64,000 nucleotides of DNA from Eledone cirrhosa (GCA_964016885.1 OZ024755.1:12710001-12774000); one strand, 5' to 3'; counted from the first letter of the stretch, positions 1 through 12,997 are shown. The notes: a model not told the origin generated them from the sequence alone. Numbers and translations are program-made.

Positions 1-200
1 TGGTCAGCCGATTAACTTTTCGGTCTATGAACTTTTTAGCTTATGAACTTGTCAGCCGACCATCGTAGTCTAAGACTACACATACTACATCCACTGTGTT
101 ACCTTTCCCAAGAGAAAGTTTAAGGGTGGGGTTTGAGGGAGATTTCACTGGTATTTCAAATAGATGAAACGAACACATAGTTTTCTTCTTTAGTTCTATA

Positions 201-340
201 ACTAGCAGAATGGCCCGGCGTTGCTTGGGATTTGCTCTAGGGTTCTTATATATTTGATATATATTTATCCTTATCGAGCCTCGTAAAATAAATACGTTTG
301 TTTATATTTTGTTATTGTGTATACAAAAATATCTCTACAC

Positions 341-405
<65 letters not shown>

Positions 406-840
406 TAACTGATTAAAGTTGAAGCAAAGAATCGCTGCTTTCACTCTTAACGGGATCTTCTGAAACTAAAAATATCAATCTGTGAACGCTGAAGTAAATA
501 TTTTGAAAAACCTTACACACTATATACACACACTATATATACATATATACACACACAAACAGATAACGACGTCATACTGCCGTAATTCAGACAGCCAGAC
601 ATACAGACAGATATTATAAGGGCGCAACGTTATATCTATGTATCTATCTAAAAAGAAAGCCTAAGAATTATAGAGAGAGATCGCTAAATCGCCTAATGCG
701 AAATATCTTTTGAAATATTTTTTGCTCAAAACACTCACACGACCATAATTATTACATGTGTAAAGTTTGAAAACAATCGGTTTCGTGGTTCTCGAGTTTT
801 AGGGAGGCAGACAGACATTCTCTGTTTTAGATATATAGAC
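201..840 (+). mobile_element. Non-autonomous Helitron-like (Lep1-type) element containing PLE family B fragments
   Basis: 5' ACTAGCAGAATGGCCCGGCGTTGCTTGGG and 3' AAAACAATCGGTTTCGTGGTTCTCGAG..CAGACAGAC..TATATAGAC resemble Lep1-type Helitron ends (recalled pattern, not database-checked). 231-290 and 401-511 match family B. Confidence 0.55.
417..467 (-). ncRNA. HHR-like motif, family B (CAGAAGA core), slightly decayed
   Basis: Reverse complement of the 6655-6705 motif with about 2 substitutions. Confidence 0.5.
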
Positions 841-1284
841 AATTCTATATTTGATAACAGGTGTTATTATGAGCTACAACATTTCACCATATACTAAGAA
901 ATACATTTAGTTTATTGGATTTTTCTCACTAATTCTATTTCTGCTGTTTCTCCTCGTTCTACGAAGATGAAAAAATTATTTATTCGGGAGAAAAAATAAA
1001 CAAAAAACAAGCAATGTTATGTGATTGCAATAACATCGTTAAACACTTGCCAAGTAAATAGGAAATATATCGATAGATTATTGATTTGTTAGTTACTGTA
1101 GCAATCTAGGTATTAAAGCTAGTTTGGTTTTATTGTTGTTGTTGTTTTTTTTGTTTTTTTTTTTGTTTGTTTTGTTTGGCTAAAGCAATTTCATTTTCAT
1201 TGCGAGAAAATAACGTAATTTTTGTTGATAACAAAACAACAATTCTCTAACTAATCTTGTGTATATGTACACATACGCACACAC

Positions 1285-1315
<31 letters not shown>

Positions 1316-1826
1316 CATACATATATATATGTATGTGTATATCAATATATGTACCGCATAATCAGAACCGCATTTAGTTGAAATTGGTTGAAATACGTTG
1401 AATGTTGAGATTTTCAGCTGGTCTGAATGAAATGGAAAGTTTGTCAGTATTTGTTGGGATTCATTCCCTATTACAACACACTCATAACACCATCTTTTGA
1501 TCTTATCAATATTCCAGTCATGGTATTAGATCTGAATTTAGAATTAAATACACGAAATGTTTGACGAGTCGATATTTAGCACATGCCCGGGCCCACACAC
1601 AAACACTTCTGCACCAAAAGTCCTTTGTAGATTACAAGGATGAAAAGTAACTCTAGCTTTCATTCACATAAAAGTAATAGCATATGTTCTTCTGTGTACG
1701 AAAAGGAGAACAAAAGTGTGTTCCCATTTGTTTATTTTCGCAGCGAGTTTATTATTTTTTATTCAAAACTGTAGTTGTATCTACGTTAAATCTATCCTCT
1801 ATTTATCTCTCTCTCTCTCTCCCTAC

Positions 1827-1871
<45 letters not shown>

Positions 1872-1956
1872 AACAAAAATAACAACACAATCAGTACTGT
1901 ATATGGAAGCAATAAATATATATTTATATATATATATATATAAAATACTTGTATAG

Positions 1957-1987
<31 letters not shown>

Positions 1988-2638
1988 CGTGTGTGTGTGG
2001 AGCATATGCTTTATGTTTAAAACGAAATAATGAATATTTTAATCGAGATCTTGTTGCAGAAATTGATGCAATTATCATGAGATGCCTTTCAGCGAATTAC
2101 AATCATGGTTGGTGCATGTTACGGAAATATCTCCTTTTTCTATCTCTCACATCGCAATTAACTATCTATATATAATAGCTACGAAGCCACTGCATATGAA
2201 GATGTGAAGTGAGGTAAATACAAAAGTAAATGATTTATTCTCGAGGCAGGAGATTCATATTTATCTGTTTACTGAAGCGAATTGGAAATTATATTATTGA
2301 TGAATCATTCGGAATTTAGCGCCTATAGCTCACGTTCGAGGCCAAAGTTTTAGAAATATTGTTCCTTTTGAGAATAGAAAGGAAAGGAGACAATCGTCAG
2401 ATTAGATCAAGAAAGTTATGATTCCATTTGTCTTTCGGTTGAAACTCCTGGCAGAAGGAGACGGGACTTGAACTCAGAACTCAGAACCTACAGAGCCGGA
2501 TCAAATGCAGCAACGTATTCCGCCTAACTTCTTAACAACTCCGCTAATCCAACGCTGCACCTGGACTGGTACAGAACAGTCAGCTCGTTAAATTAACGTG
2601 CAAGTGGCTGAGCATTCCTCAGACATGTGTATTCTTAA

Positions 2639-2835
2639 CCCTTTAGCATTTACATTGCTCTATATATACTATTGTATTTTAGAGGTAAAAGCTTTATTGC
2701 ATATAATATAACACATAATATCGAATCTATGAGAAAAATACCTAAACATCTGTATGAGTTCCCAATTAGGGCCAGTTTGAAAAGAAAGAGGTGAGAAAAT
2801 TCTGGCCGGATAAGGCCGGTTGAAATGCTAAAGGG
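2639..2835. mobile_element. piggyBac-type MITE inserted in a SINE
   Basis: TTAA|CCCTTTAGCATT ... AATGCTAAAGGG|TTAA gives a 12-bp TIR and TTAA TSD. Flanks match the SINE at 54965-55242. Confidence 0.8.
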
Positions 2836-3074
2836 TTAACCTGTGACAAAATGTGTGACAAGGTTGACCCTTTGGATTACAAACTATAATCTATTCGACG
2901 AGCTTCTACGCAGTTTCCGTCTGTCCAATTTCATTCATGTGTTTGAGTCGACGCGAGCCCATGTTAATTCACACTTTAAATGACACACAGTGCGATCAAA
3001 CCCTCGGCCTTATTACAAAATGGGCTTAACCATTTGGCCATGCTGCTGGTATTGATATATTTAGGTTAAAAAAT

Positions 3075-3280
3075 CGGTGGATTGGTAGTATCGGTAGAAC
3101 ATCGGACAAAATGCTTTGCAGTATTTAGTTACAACTTTAAACACCCTTAGTTCAGACCCCACAGAGATTAGCTTTGCCTTTCATTCTTCCGGGGCCAATA
3201 AAATAAAGTTCCAGTTAAGTAGTGGGGTCCGAAATAATCGGCTTTACTCTTTCTTATAAATTTGCCTCAACTAGAAAGCA
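3075..3280 (+). mobile_element. tRNA-derived SINE family S1 (diverged)
   Basis: CGGTGGATTGGTAGTATCGGTAG head and GCCTTTCATTCTTCCGGGGCCAATAAAATAAAG core, as in the other copies. Confidence 0.75.
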
Positions 3281-3987
3281 ATATATATATAGGGTAGAGA
3301 AGGTGTGATTCTATTTTAATTATCATTTTTTTATCGCTCCACATGCGACACTAATAATCTTGGGAAAGCCTTTATTGTCACGTTATCTTATGGCTGCAAA
3401 TCCTATAAATTGGCACGAATCCTTGGTTTTATAGGAGAGAGAGAGAGGGGGGGGATCACGTAGAATTATTGATACAACCTTACCTGTATTAATTCCATAA
3501 AATAGCAATAAAATTGTTCTTGTCACTCAGGCATCTTGTCACTGATCCACTCTTGGACATAAATTTCTCATTTTAAATTCCTCGGAATTAATCTTCACCT
3601 ATTGAAACACTCGCAAACTATTACCAATAAATTTAGCATTTCTCTACTCTGATATACAGTTGTTGTTGTTTTTGTTTTGTTTTTTATTCTTTTATTGGTT
3701 TTAGTGGTCCAAATGCAGCCATGCTGGGGCCGCAGTCTGATAACTGAAAATAAATCTTGAAAATGTTTTAGTTGATCATATCGACCCCTATTACTCACTC
3801 CACTCTTTTTCAAGCCTGGTACTTATTTTATATATTTTTTGTCGAACCGTTAAGTTAGAGGACACAAATAAACACACATATACATACGTACACACACAGA
3901 TATATATATATAAGATATTAGTTTACTTGCTAACGGATTACATTGAGTTCTAATTACGGTATAGACCTTACTATGAAAGGTATACCA

Positions 3988-4043
<56 letters not shown>

Positions 4044-4382
4044 ATATATATATATATCCATATATATATCCATCCGAGGGACTTCTACGGAGTTTCCGTC
4101 TACGAAATTTGACTCACAAGACATTGGTCAACTCAAGGCTATAGTAGCAGACACTTGCTTAAAGTGCCACGCAGTGGGAATGTATCTGAAACCTCGTGTT
4201 TGCGCAGCTGACTCCTTAACCACACAACCATGCCTGCACATACATTGTTACATTATAATGTCTTCAGTGTTAATCTCCAAACATTGAAATAAAACACGCT
4301 GTCATCTATAAATTTAGGATTTCTTTCTCTCTTTATAATCGTCATTTAACAGTTTGATGGCTTCATTGAAGGGCTATTAAAT

Positions 4383-4855
4383 CTCAGCATAGCCAGTTGG
4401 TAAAGGCGTTCACTATGCAATCATAAGAATCCAGGTTCAGTCCTACTGCATCATTGGCTATATATAGTTTCCAGTGAATCCCAAGCCTACTTAATGTATG
4501 GTATATTGAGCAAATGTCATTTGTTATAGCTACAGCTTCGTATATTCAGCATAGCCAGTTGGTTAAGGAGTTTACTATGTAATCATAAGCTTCCAAGTTC
4601 AATCCTACTGCATGATATCTTGAGCAAGTGTCATTGGCTATATATAGTTTCCAGTGAATCCCAAGCCTACTTAATGTATGGTATATTGAGCAAATGTCAT
4701 TTGTTATAGCTACAGCTTCGTATATTCAGCATAGCCAGTTGGTTAAGGAGTTTACTATGTAATCATAAGCTTCCAAGTTCAATCCTACTGCATGATATCT
4801 TGAGCAAGTGTCATTGGCTATATATAATCTCAAGTGAATCCCAAGCTTACTTAAT
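4383..4855 (+). repeat. 180-bp tandem repeat (about 2.6 units) built from a SINE head
   Basis: 4451-4646 is repeated identically 180 bp downstream. The unit contains GCATAGCCAGTTGGTTAAGG..GTTCAATCC (A/B-box-like). Confidence 0.85.
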
Positions 4856-5128
4856 ATAACTTGGTACACGGATGTTCTGTAGAAAACAGTTGAATAGACT
4901 GTACGTAACTATGTTACAAAATATCTCACGCTCAATCTGCTTGAAAGTTATGTTAAAGGTACACGTATGTGAATAATGCTCAGTCACTTACACTATTATA
5001 ACAGTGGACTGTACCTGTAATTCAAAGAGCCAGGTTTGTCACTAACTGTATCAGGATGAATCTCCATGAGAATTAATGAAGTTAAAAGTACACATGTCTA
5101 TGGAACGCTAGCGATCTACAGCGATGTG

Positions 5129-5208
5129 TTAGGTCGTCAAGTATGAAATTTGTAGAATTTTGTAGAAAAACAACAAATTCTTACAAATTTCGTACTTGAC
5201 GACCCAAT
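5129..5208. mobile_element. 80-bp mariner-like mini-MITE (MADE-like hairpin)
   Basis: TTAGGTCGTCAAGTATGAAATTTGTAGAATTT pairs with AAATTCTTACAAATTTCGTACTTGACGACCCAA. Confidence 0.6.
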
Positions 5209-5601
5209 ATTTTACAGGTTAATTTCACGATTATGTTGTTCCTTTGAGGAAACCGAAACAACCGGGACACTCCTCTTTGGAACTGACGGAGGTCCATTCA
5301 ATTCGATTTCAATCCAATCCATCAAATCTTCGTGTTACAAGAAATAGGTCATAAATACTTCTGATTCTTCAAAAGTCAACCTAAAATAGTACCAGGCAAT
5401 TATTGATTTCTGATAACAACAACAACAAAAGTTAAAATGACAGAAGTCGCGGCCAACTTTAATTCGAGCTGTTTACGCCCACTTGTAAGTTACTCCTTAT
5501 ATCCCCCCCCCCCACCAACACACCTTTTATATTGTGACATTAGTCTCTCTCTCATATATATCTACACACACACACACACATATATATATTTATATATATA
5601 T

Positions 5602-5781
5602 AGGAAAAAGTATGACCCCCGACGGCAGAGCTCAAGCCGTTTCGACAGCTATTTCTGGACGAAACGTCTTGAGCTCTGCCGTCGGGGTCATACTATTTCC
5701 TATTTCCCACTCTACTACCCTAAGTATTGAGTACTCTGGTGCGTTATGGTCCATCTGGTTCCTTACCACAATTCCTTTGTT
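5602..5781 (+). mobile_element. PLE pLTR-like fold-back, family A
   Basis: Inverted arms around GAAA-CG(T)C-loop-GCCG-TC-GGGG (3' half of an HHR), plus 3' tail. Flanked by (TA)n, with 6 further copies in the window. Confidence 0.75.
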
Positions 5782-6034
5782 ATATATATATAACTATCTC
5801 TCTCTTCTTCTTTCACTTTCCTTATTAAAAGAATCAGACATTTATGTTATTGGTCGAGAAATCGATATTTTTTCTGATCATATATATATATATATACATG
5901 TATATATACACACACATATGTATGTATATATGTATGAATGTATGTATGTTTAACACAAATTTACTTCCTAGAAAACAATCTACCAGTAACATACACACAC
6001 AAGCATGATACATATATTTATATTCCTCTGTATA

Positions 6035-6073
<39 letters not shown>

Positions 6074-6398
6074 GAAATATATGGAGAATAGAAATGGCTG
6101 TGTAGTTGCTATATAAGGTAACTTAAAATGCAGTGGGAATACGAAGAAAGCAAGAATAGGGGGGGGGGGTCCTCATCAGTTGTCTACTGGGGGTTTCGGA
6201 TATTTCTACGCTTTAAAGACAATACACCTCGCCCCAGGGCGTCAATAACTGGATAAGTTATTAGGAAAACGGAAGGAGGAGGGAAGGAAAGCAAAGGGGA
6301 GGAAAAGAGAAAACAGTAACAAAACAGAAAACAAAAACAATAACGAAGAGTGCATACAAAATGTTTGTATTAGGTTCACGCTTGAGAGTGGGGTGTAT

Positions 6399-6436
<38 letters not shown>

Positions 6437-6440
<4 letters not shown>

Positions 6441-6728
6441 ATAATATTAAATTTGAAGACTAAAATCCAAAGAGGGCTCGATAAGGATAAATATATAATG
6501 TTTTTCACCGCTCCAAATAATGACGTATTATATTCGTTTTTTCCCATTCTTTGCTAGGGAACGTTTCCACGAACCAAAGTATCGTCTTCCTGTCTTCCTC
6601 CGGTTGCAACGTTTTTTGAAATATTCACTTCTGCGTTTACAGATTGACTTTGTTAGTTTCAGAAGATCCCGTTAAGGGTGAAAGCAGCGATTCTTTGCTT
6701 AAACTTTTATCTGTTATTTTAATAAATA
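6437..6728 (+). mobile_element. PLE pLTR-like element, family B (inverted tail plus body)
   Basis: 6437-6497 is the reverse complement of the B tail (12910-12997). 6650-6728 matches 39763-39900. Lies between (TA)n tracts. Confidence 0.75.
6655..6705 (+). ncRNA. Type I hammerhead-like ribozyme, variant core CAGAAGA
   Basis: AGTTT CAGAAGA TCCC-GTTAA-GGGT GAAA GCAG-CGATTCT-TTGC TT AAACT; stems I, II and III all pair. Confidence 0.65.
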
Positions 6729-6744
6729 TATATATATATATATA

Positions 6745-6951
6745 CGTTATTCCGGGTTGAATCGGAGGTAACCACAGTAAGTAAGGTACTCAATACAATG
6801 CAGAGTATAAAAGTTTTAATATAGATGAGATTCTACAGGACTAGAACTGTTTCATTCTTTAGAAATCATCAGATTCCTGATGATTTCTAAAGAATGAAAC
6901 AGTTCTAGTCCTGTAGAATCTCATCTATATTAAAACTTTTATACTCTGCAT
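6745..6951. mobile_element. PLE pLTR-like fold-back, family C
   Basis: Perfect 75-bp inverted repeat 6798-6872 / 6877-6951 with a 4-nt loop. Tail on the left, (TA)n flanks, related copy at 59357-59527. Confidence 0.85.
6871..6921 (+). ncRNA. Type I hammerhead ribozyme
   Basis: AGATTC CTGATGA TTTC-TAAA-GAAT GAAA CAG-TTCTAGTC-CTG TA GAATCT; GUA cleavage triplet. Confidence 0.85.
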
Positions 6952-6965
6952 ATATATATATATAA

Positions 6966-7034
<69 letters not shown>

Positions 7035-7560
7035 TGTATATATATAAGTGTATATATATATATAAGTGTATATATATAAGTGTATATATATATAAGTGTA
7101 TATATATATATATATATATATATAAGTGTATATATATATATAAGTGTATATATATATATATATAGATAGATATATATATATGTGTGTGTGTGTGTATGTG
7201 ATGGAGTGGATATAGACTATGTACAATATCCAGTTCAGTGCATCAACAGCCACAGCTGGAATGCCACTGAAATCAATTACGGCGGCCATTCCCCCTCCGG
7301 TGATTGTTTGAAATATACTCCAATAAGTTCTAAACATGGTAAATTATATTGATTTCCCACCAGTTCCTCTCGTTGCAATGATAAGAAATTCTCGCCGGCA
7401 AAACATACCATGTTGCAAAGCTGCTGAACTGTATTGCATTACAAGATGACTTCCTATTGTTACAATACTCGGTACTCAATCTTTTAAGGGATATAACTCT
7501 TTTAATATTAATTTCTCCGTGGAGAAAAAAAAAATGGTTGTAATTTTCAAAATCAGCCCG

Positions 7561-7890
7561 AAGATCAGAGAGTCGCTGCTCCAGGTAGAGCTGCTATTTC
7601 TTCGAATCGAGAGATCGCAGCTCCGATACTGCGGATATATGTTGTTAGAATGTCCCAGGAAAGAACCTCTGGACAGATTTTAAGGGCAAAGCCGACCGGC
7701 AGGATACCCTGTGGTAGACCATGAGCAAGACGTTTGGATAATATCCATAAACTCGGTTACTCTCGCTTAGGGATCGAACTAGATCAATTGGAGACGGTTG
7801 CTTCTGATAAAACCCCCTGGAAGGTGTGTCTGAAGACTATGTTCCCCCCACTAGCCTCTCAGAGATAAGTGGACAAAAAAGAAGAGGAGA
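7561..7890 (+). pseudogene. RTE-clade LINE (Rex3/Expander-like) 3' end remnant
   Basis: Translates with a frameshift and stops as IRESLLQVELLFLRIERSQLRYCG..VRMSQER..PTGRIPCGRP*..LGIE..VASDKTPW, the RTE C-terminal pattern. Confidence 0.8.
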
Positions 7891-8030
7891 GCGTTTAAAA
7901 TTAAACCTTGTGTAGAAATTCCTAAACAAATCGGCCACAGTTCACCGATCAGAATTATGAACCTCATTGCATTGCCCGAATATTGTCACGATATTCAGGT
8001 TTAAATTTTTGAAGGGTTGTATCTTATCGT

Positions 8031-8459
8031 TGGTGAATTGCAGCATCGCTAGAGCGTCAAATACCATGCTTTAAGACATAGAGTTATGGCCCTTTACGTT
8101 CTGAGTTCAAATCCCGTCGAGGTTAACTTTGCTTTTCATCCTTACGGGGTTGATACAATAAAGTACCACTAATACACTGGGATAATTGCTGGCCATGTAC
8201 CAAAAGTAGAAACAATTATTAAATTTCCAAAAGCGGACGGTGGATTAAGTCGTGAAAGAAGCATCGGAAGAAATATCTTACAATATATCCTTACGAATTT
8301 ACAATTGAAATTTTAGTTGATATCTCACAGAGGTCAACTTTGCCTCTCGTCTTTGCGAGATCGATAAAATAAAGAACCAGTTACGTACTGGGGTTGATAT
8401 AATGGACTTTTGACTCCCCATAAAATTACTGCATTGTGCCAATATTAGCAATCCTTATT
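8031..8459 (+). mobile_element. Two adjacent SINE S1 copies (8031-8220, 8238-8459)
   Basis: GAGTTCAAATCCC B-box, core CCTTACGGGGTTGATACAATAAAGTACCA and tail AAAGTAGAAACAATTATT. Confidence 0.8.
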
Positions 8460-8669
8460 GTTTTCTAAAAGGGAAAAATAAAAAGGTTGTGGTTTTCTAA
8501 TCAGCATCTAAAACTACGAAAAATGTGGAGAAAATTCGAGTGCAAAACTACAAAGACCATTCCAAAATGAAACAACAACAAAGCATTACTATTTTTCCTA
8601 AGAATTTGGTGTTAGATTTCGAGTTCTTTGGCGTTTATATTACATTCATTCCAAACTAGCACTGCAGCC

Positions 8670-9262
8670 ACTGTAACTACTACAACTACTACAACCACTG
8701 CAATACCACCAACACCATACCAACACAACCACCTCAACCACGAACATACACCCACAATCACCATACCACCACCATCGCTACTATACCACCATAACGGCCA
8801 CCACGAACACCACACCATCATAACAACCACCATCACAATCACCACCATTACCATCTTACCACAACCACTGTGACACCACACCATCATAACAACCACCGTC
8901 ACAACCACCTCACCATCTTCACAATCACCACCATTACCATCTTACCACAACCACTATCACACCATACCATCATAACCATCACCATACCACCACATCACCA
9001 CACCATTACAACAACTACAACCACAACCACTACCACCAACACAACCATACCATCAAAACCGTCAACACGACTACCTCAACCACCACCATTACAACCACAC
9101 CATTACAACAACCACAACACCACTACAACCACAACCACCAACACAACCATACCATCAAAACCGTCAACACGACCACCTCAACCACCAACAAACCACCACC
9201 ATACTACCACATCACTACAACCACCTCAACGACCAACAAACCCCCAACCACCACAACCACTA
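8670..9262. repeat. Degenerate (CAC/CAA)n low-complexity tract
   Basis: ACC/ACA trinucleotide-rich, with internal duplications. Confidence 0.85.
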
Positions 9263-9441
9263 TACTCGCCGTACCCCCCACGTCGTTATGTAAACTCTGG
9301 TTTTAATTTCTTCTGAAGTTGAAATTCAAAAAATTCCTACCAGAAATATTCCTTTGTTTTTTAAATTTCATTTATTTTATATACATAGAAAAATATGTTT
9401 GCGTATTATTTGGTGTGTATATGTATATATACGTGTATACG

Positions 9442-9478
<37 letters not shown>

Positions 9479-9589
9479 ATGTGTGTGTATGTATATATAT
9501 AGAGAGATATGTATGCATGATATGTATGTGCATTTATATACATATATATATGTGTGTGTGTGTGTATGTGTACATATATGTATTGATGC

Positions 9590-9621
<32 letters not shown>

Positions 9622-9628
<7 letters not shown>

Positions 9629-9808
9629 TGTAATAAACAACATAAGATAATTATTTCATTTACCAGTGGTTTCTTGAAAGCAAATAAGTTTCAAGAAACC
9701 ACTGGTAAATGAAATAATTATCTTATGTTGTTTATTACATAACTATTAAGCTCTGTAACCTACATAGAGCACTCTTTTTTCCTGGACCTTTCCGACGGAA
9801 TTACTTCA

Positions 9809-9811
<3 letters not shown>
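9622..9811 (+). mobile_element. PLE pLTR-like fold-back, family D (3' half of HHR)
   Basis: Perfect 58-bp arms 9622-9679 / 9689-9746. GAAA-TAATTA-TC palindromic stem III, tail hairpin GCTCTGT/ATAGAGC, (TA)n flanks. Confidence 0.75.
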
Positions 9812-9845
<34 letters not shown>

Positions 9846-9866
9846 GTATATATATATATGCATAGA

Positions 9867-9905
<39 letters not shown>

Positions 9906-10294
9906 ATGGGATAACAAGTTATATATATATGCATCTATATATACATATGAATAGATATATGTGTATATGTAGATATATATGTGTATATGTAGATATATAT
10001 GTGTATATATACATACATGTGCGTATTACTTACTATATTTTTATCAAAACATTTATATAATTTTTTTGAGTTTTTTCCATGCTTCTAATTTCCTATTGTT
10101 TTCCGTTCATTTTTTTTTCAGTATTATTCTTTGTAATGGCTGATATATATTGTTTTCAAAGTATACTCATTCACCCTCAAACATTTTAATCAACACCACA
10201 CAGGATTGTTGATGTTTTCTACATACCTCACTGACATATGGTCACAAGGAAAATAAAAGCGCCTCTCCTTTCTACAATTCTCACTCTCTCTCTC

Positions 10295-10343
<49 letters not shown>

Positions 10344-10350
<7 letters not shown>

Positions 10351-11066
10351 ATATTGAGTTACAAACTCAAAATAGTCTCTTACAATTAAATAGCTCAATG
10401 AAAGAAATAAACACAGATATATAGACATATGCGTTCAAATCGTAAGGGACCAGGATCGCTAAGGTGAAAAAAAATACTAACTATAATCATAAGGGTTTGC
10501 CAGACTCAATTTAAAAGAATAAATCAAGAAAATAAATACAAACCGGTATGGGACAACTACGAAACACCCAGACAGCTTTTGGCGGAACTGTTTCGCAATT
10601 TAAGTGAAGAACGTTACCAATTCTTTTGAGTTTCTAACCTTTTATATATTCGGCTCCGTCAATTTGTAAAGCTAACTTAAATGTCGAGTAAACTTGGCTG
10701 ATATTTTTGGTAGCATAGGTTTGAGAGAGACACCGGGTATTGATACCATATGCGTTATTTTTTTATATATGCACAATAGTCAGTCTTCTGATATACTTAG
10801 AAGTGAGGAGTTTACTAATTTTACACCCACTGATGAGCAAAGAATTGGTAACCTTCTTCACTTAAATTGCGAAACAGTTACGCCAAAAGCTGTCTGGGTA
10901 TTTCGTAGTTGTCCCATACCGGGTTCTATTTATTTTCTTGATTTATTCTTTTAAATTGAGGCTGGCAAACCCTTATGGTTATAGTAAGTATTTTTTTCAC
11001 CCTAGCGATCCTGATCCCTTACGATTTGAACACATATGTCTATATATCTGTGTTTATTTCTCTTTT
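10344..11066. mobile_element. PLE pLTR-like fold-back, family E
   Basis: About 224-bp inverted arms 10403-10626 / 10839-11061 with few mismatches and an approximately 212-bp spacer; (TA)n flanks. Confidence 0.85.
10825..10899 (+). ncRNA. Type I hammerhead ribozyme (canonical, GUC site)
   Basis: ACCCA CTGATGA GCAA-(26 nt)-TTGC GAAA CAGTT-loop-AGCTG TC TGGGT. Confidence 0.9.
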
Positions 11067-11380
11067 ATATTCAATTATGATTATATATATATATATATAT
11101 ATTAGTAGTAGTATAATTATTATCATGTTTATATATATATATATATATACAAATATAAATTATTGAGAATCGCATTTCGGCCCACGAAATAACGAAAAAC
11201 AACCTCCGAGATGTGTGGCAAGTGCTCAATGATTCAGATGAACCAGAGCTATAACAAACGTTAAAGGCCAAACACACTGAGACGATGGTTAAACAATCAT
11301 TCGCATAGCCAAAAAAAAACGATCAACTGGCCCACACATGTATATATACACACATATCTATCTATCTCTCTCTCTCTCAC

Positions 11381-11419
<39 letters not shown>

Positions 11420-11449
11420 AGATCAAAAGATGGTTAAAAGAGTTCTATG

Positions 11450-11520
11450 TATTTTATTATGCGCATTTCAAAAACAAATATCATCATGCGATGACATTTG
11501 CGTTTTCGTCAGATAAAATA
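11450..11520 (-). ncRNA. Type I hammerhead ribozyme, family F
   Basis: Reverse complement of 11620-11690. Confidence 0.85.
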
Positions 11521-11619
11521 GGAAGACATGATATGAAGGTTAAAAAACACTTGTGAATAGTGCAGTTTTAAATCAACATATGTTTAAATCAACAGTTTTA
11601 TATCAACATCATGTCTTCC

Positions 11620-11690
11620 TATTTTATCTGACGAAAACGCAAATGTCATCGCATGATGATATTTGTTTTTGAAATGCGCATAATAAAATA
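11620..11690 (+). ncRNA. Type I hammerhead ribozyme, family F (palindromic stem III)
   Basis: TATTTTAT CTGACGA AAAC-GCAAATGTCATC-GCAT-GATGATATTTG-TTTTT GAAA TGCGCA TA ATAAAATA. Confidence 0.9.
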
Positions 11691-11910
11691 CATGGAACTC
11701 TTTTAACCATCTTTTGATCTTATATATTATTTATACTCCAGTCCTACAAACTGTAGAGTGCTTCTTATCCGATATCTGCATTGCTTTATTGTACTACAAT
11801 AAAACTCACCTACATATATATATATATATATATAATATCAGGCACAAGACAATGATTCTATACAGCTTGCTTAGTAACATTTTAATATGAATACCAAGTC
11901 ATACCCTCAT

Positions 11911-12093
11911 AATTATTTCTACTTTAGGCACAAAGCCAACAATTTACAGTGTATTACTGGTACTTTATTTTATCGACCCCGTACGGATGAAAGGCAAAGT
12001 TAACCTCGGCGGGATTTGAACTCAGAATGGCAAGGGTCGTAACTCTATGCGTCAAAGCAAGGCGTCCGACCCTGTACCAATACTGCCAATCCA
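11911..12093 (-). mobile_element. SINE S1
   Basis: ACTGGTACTTTATTTTATCGACCCCGTA..GGATTTGAACTC..TACTGCCAATCCA. Confidence 0.85.
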
Positions 12094-12326
12094 GTAAACT
12101 TTTAAGCATATACAAACATAATCTACACCATTTCTCTATCGTGGACATCACTTTTCGTGTGTGGGGGGGGGGGGGCAATAATGTCGATAGACAAAGCAAC
12201 AAGGCAGTGTGTGTGGCTGTTTGCAATGATGTCAAGGAACAAAAACAACACTATGAGACTACAAGATATGAAGTATCTATCCAATCTGACTATATAACCC
12301 TATCAGTTTCATTATATGTATATACA

Positions 12327-12369
<43 letters not shown>

Positions 12370-12392
12370 CATGTATATATATATATATATAT

Positions 12393-12423
<31 letters not shown>

Positions 12424-12467
12424 CATACATGTATATATATATATATATATACATACATGTATATATA

Positions 12468-12501
<34 letters not shown>

Positions 12502-12531
12502 CATGTGTGTATATATATATATATATATACA

Positions 12532-12580
<49 letters not shown>

Positions 12581-12608
12581 ACGTATATATATACATTCCA
12601 ACACAAAA

Positions 12609-12640
<32 letters not shown>

Positions 12641-12710
12641 CTGTAAGTACGTATATAAACATCCCCCCACAGACACACACACATATTTATATATATATAT
12701 ATATATATAT

Positions 12711-12997
12711 GAAAAGAGTCAGACCTCGACGGCAGAGCTCAAGCCGTTTCGACAGCTATTTCTGGACCAGAAATAGCCGTCGAAACGGCTTGAGCTCTGC
12801 CGTCGGGTTCTGACTCTTTTCCTATTACCCACTCTACTACCCAAAGTTTCGAGTACTCTGCTGCGTTATGGCCCACCTGGTTCCTTACCACACCGCCTTC
12901 GTTATATATATTTGCTCTACGGTTCTAATATATTTGATATATATTTATCCTTATCGAGCCCTCTTTGGATTTTAGTCTTCAAATTTATTATTATTAC
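12711..12997 (+). mobile_element. Family A fold-back (12711-12903) joined by a short (TA)n to a family B tail (12910-12997)
   Basis: Direct matches to 5602-5781 and 39901-39989. Confidence 0.8.

Larger units (their letters stand above)
11410..11813. mobile_element. PLE pLTR-like fold-back, family F
   Basis: About 123-bp arms 11410-11532 / 11608-11730, each with a full HHR; 3' tail 11731-11813. Confidence 0.85.

Noticed and set aside
7200-7480. Unique GC-richer stretch with short open frames on both strands (possible exon)
   Set aside because: No recognisable protein similarity or convincing splice pair; it needs BLASTX/RNA-seq.
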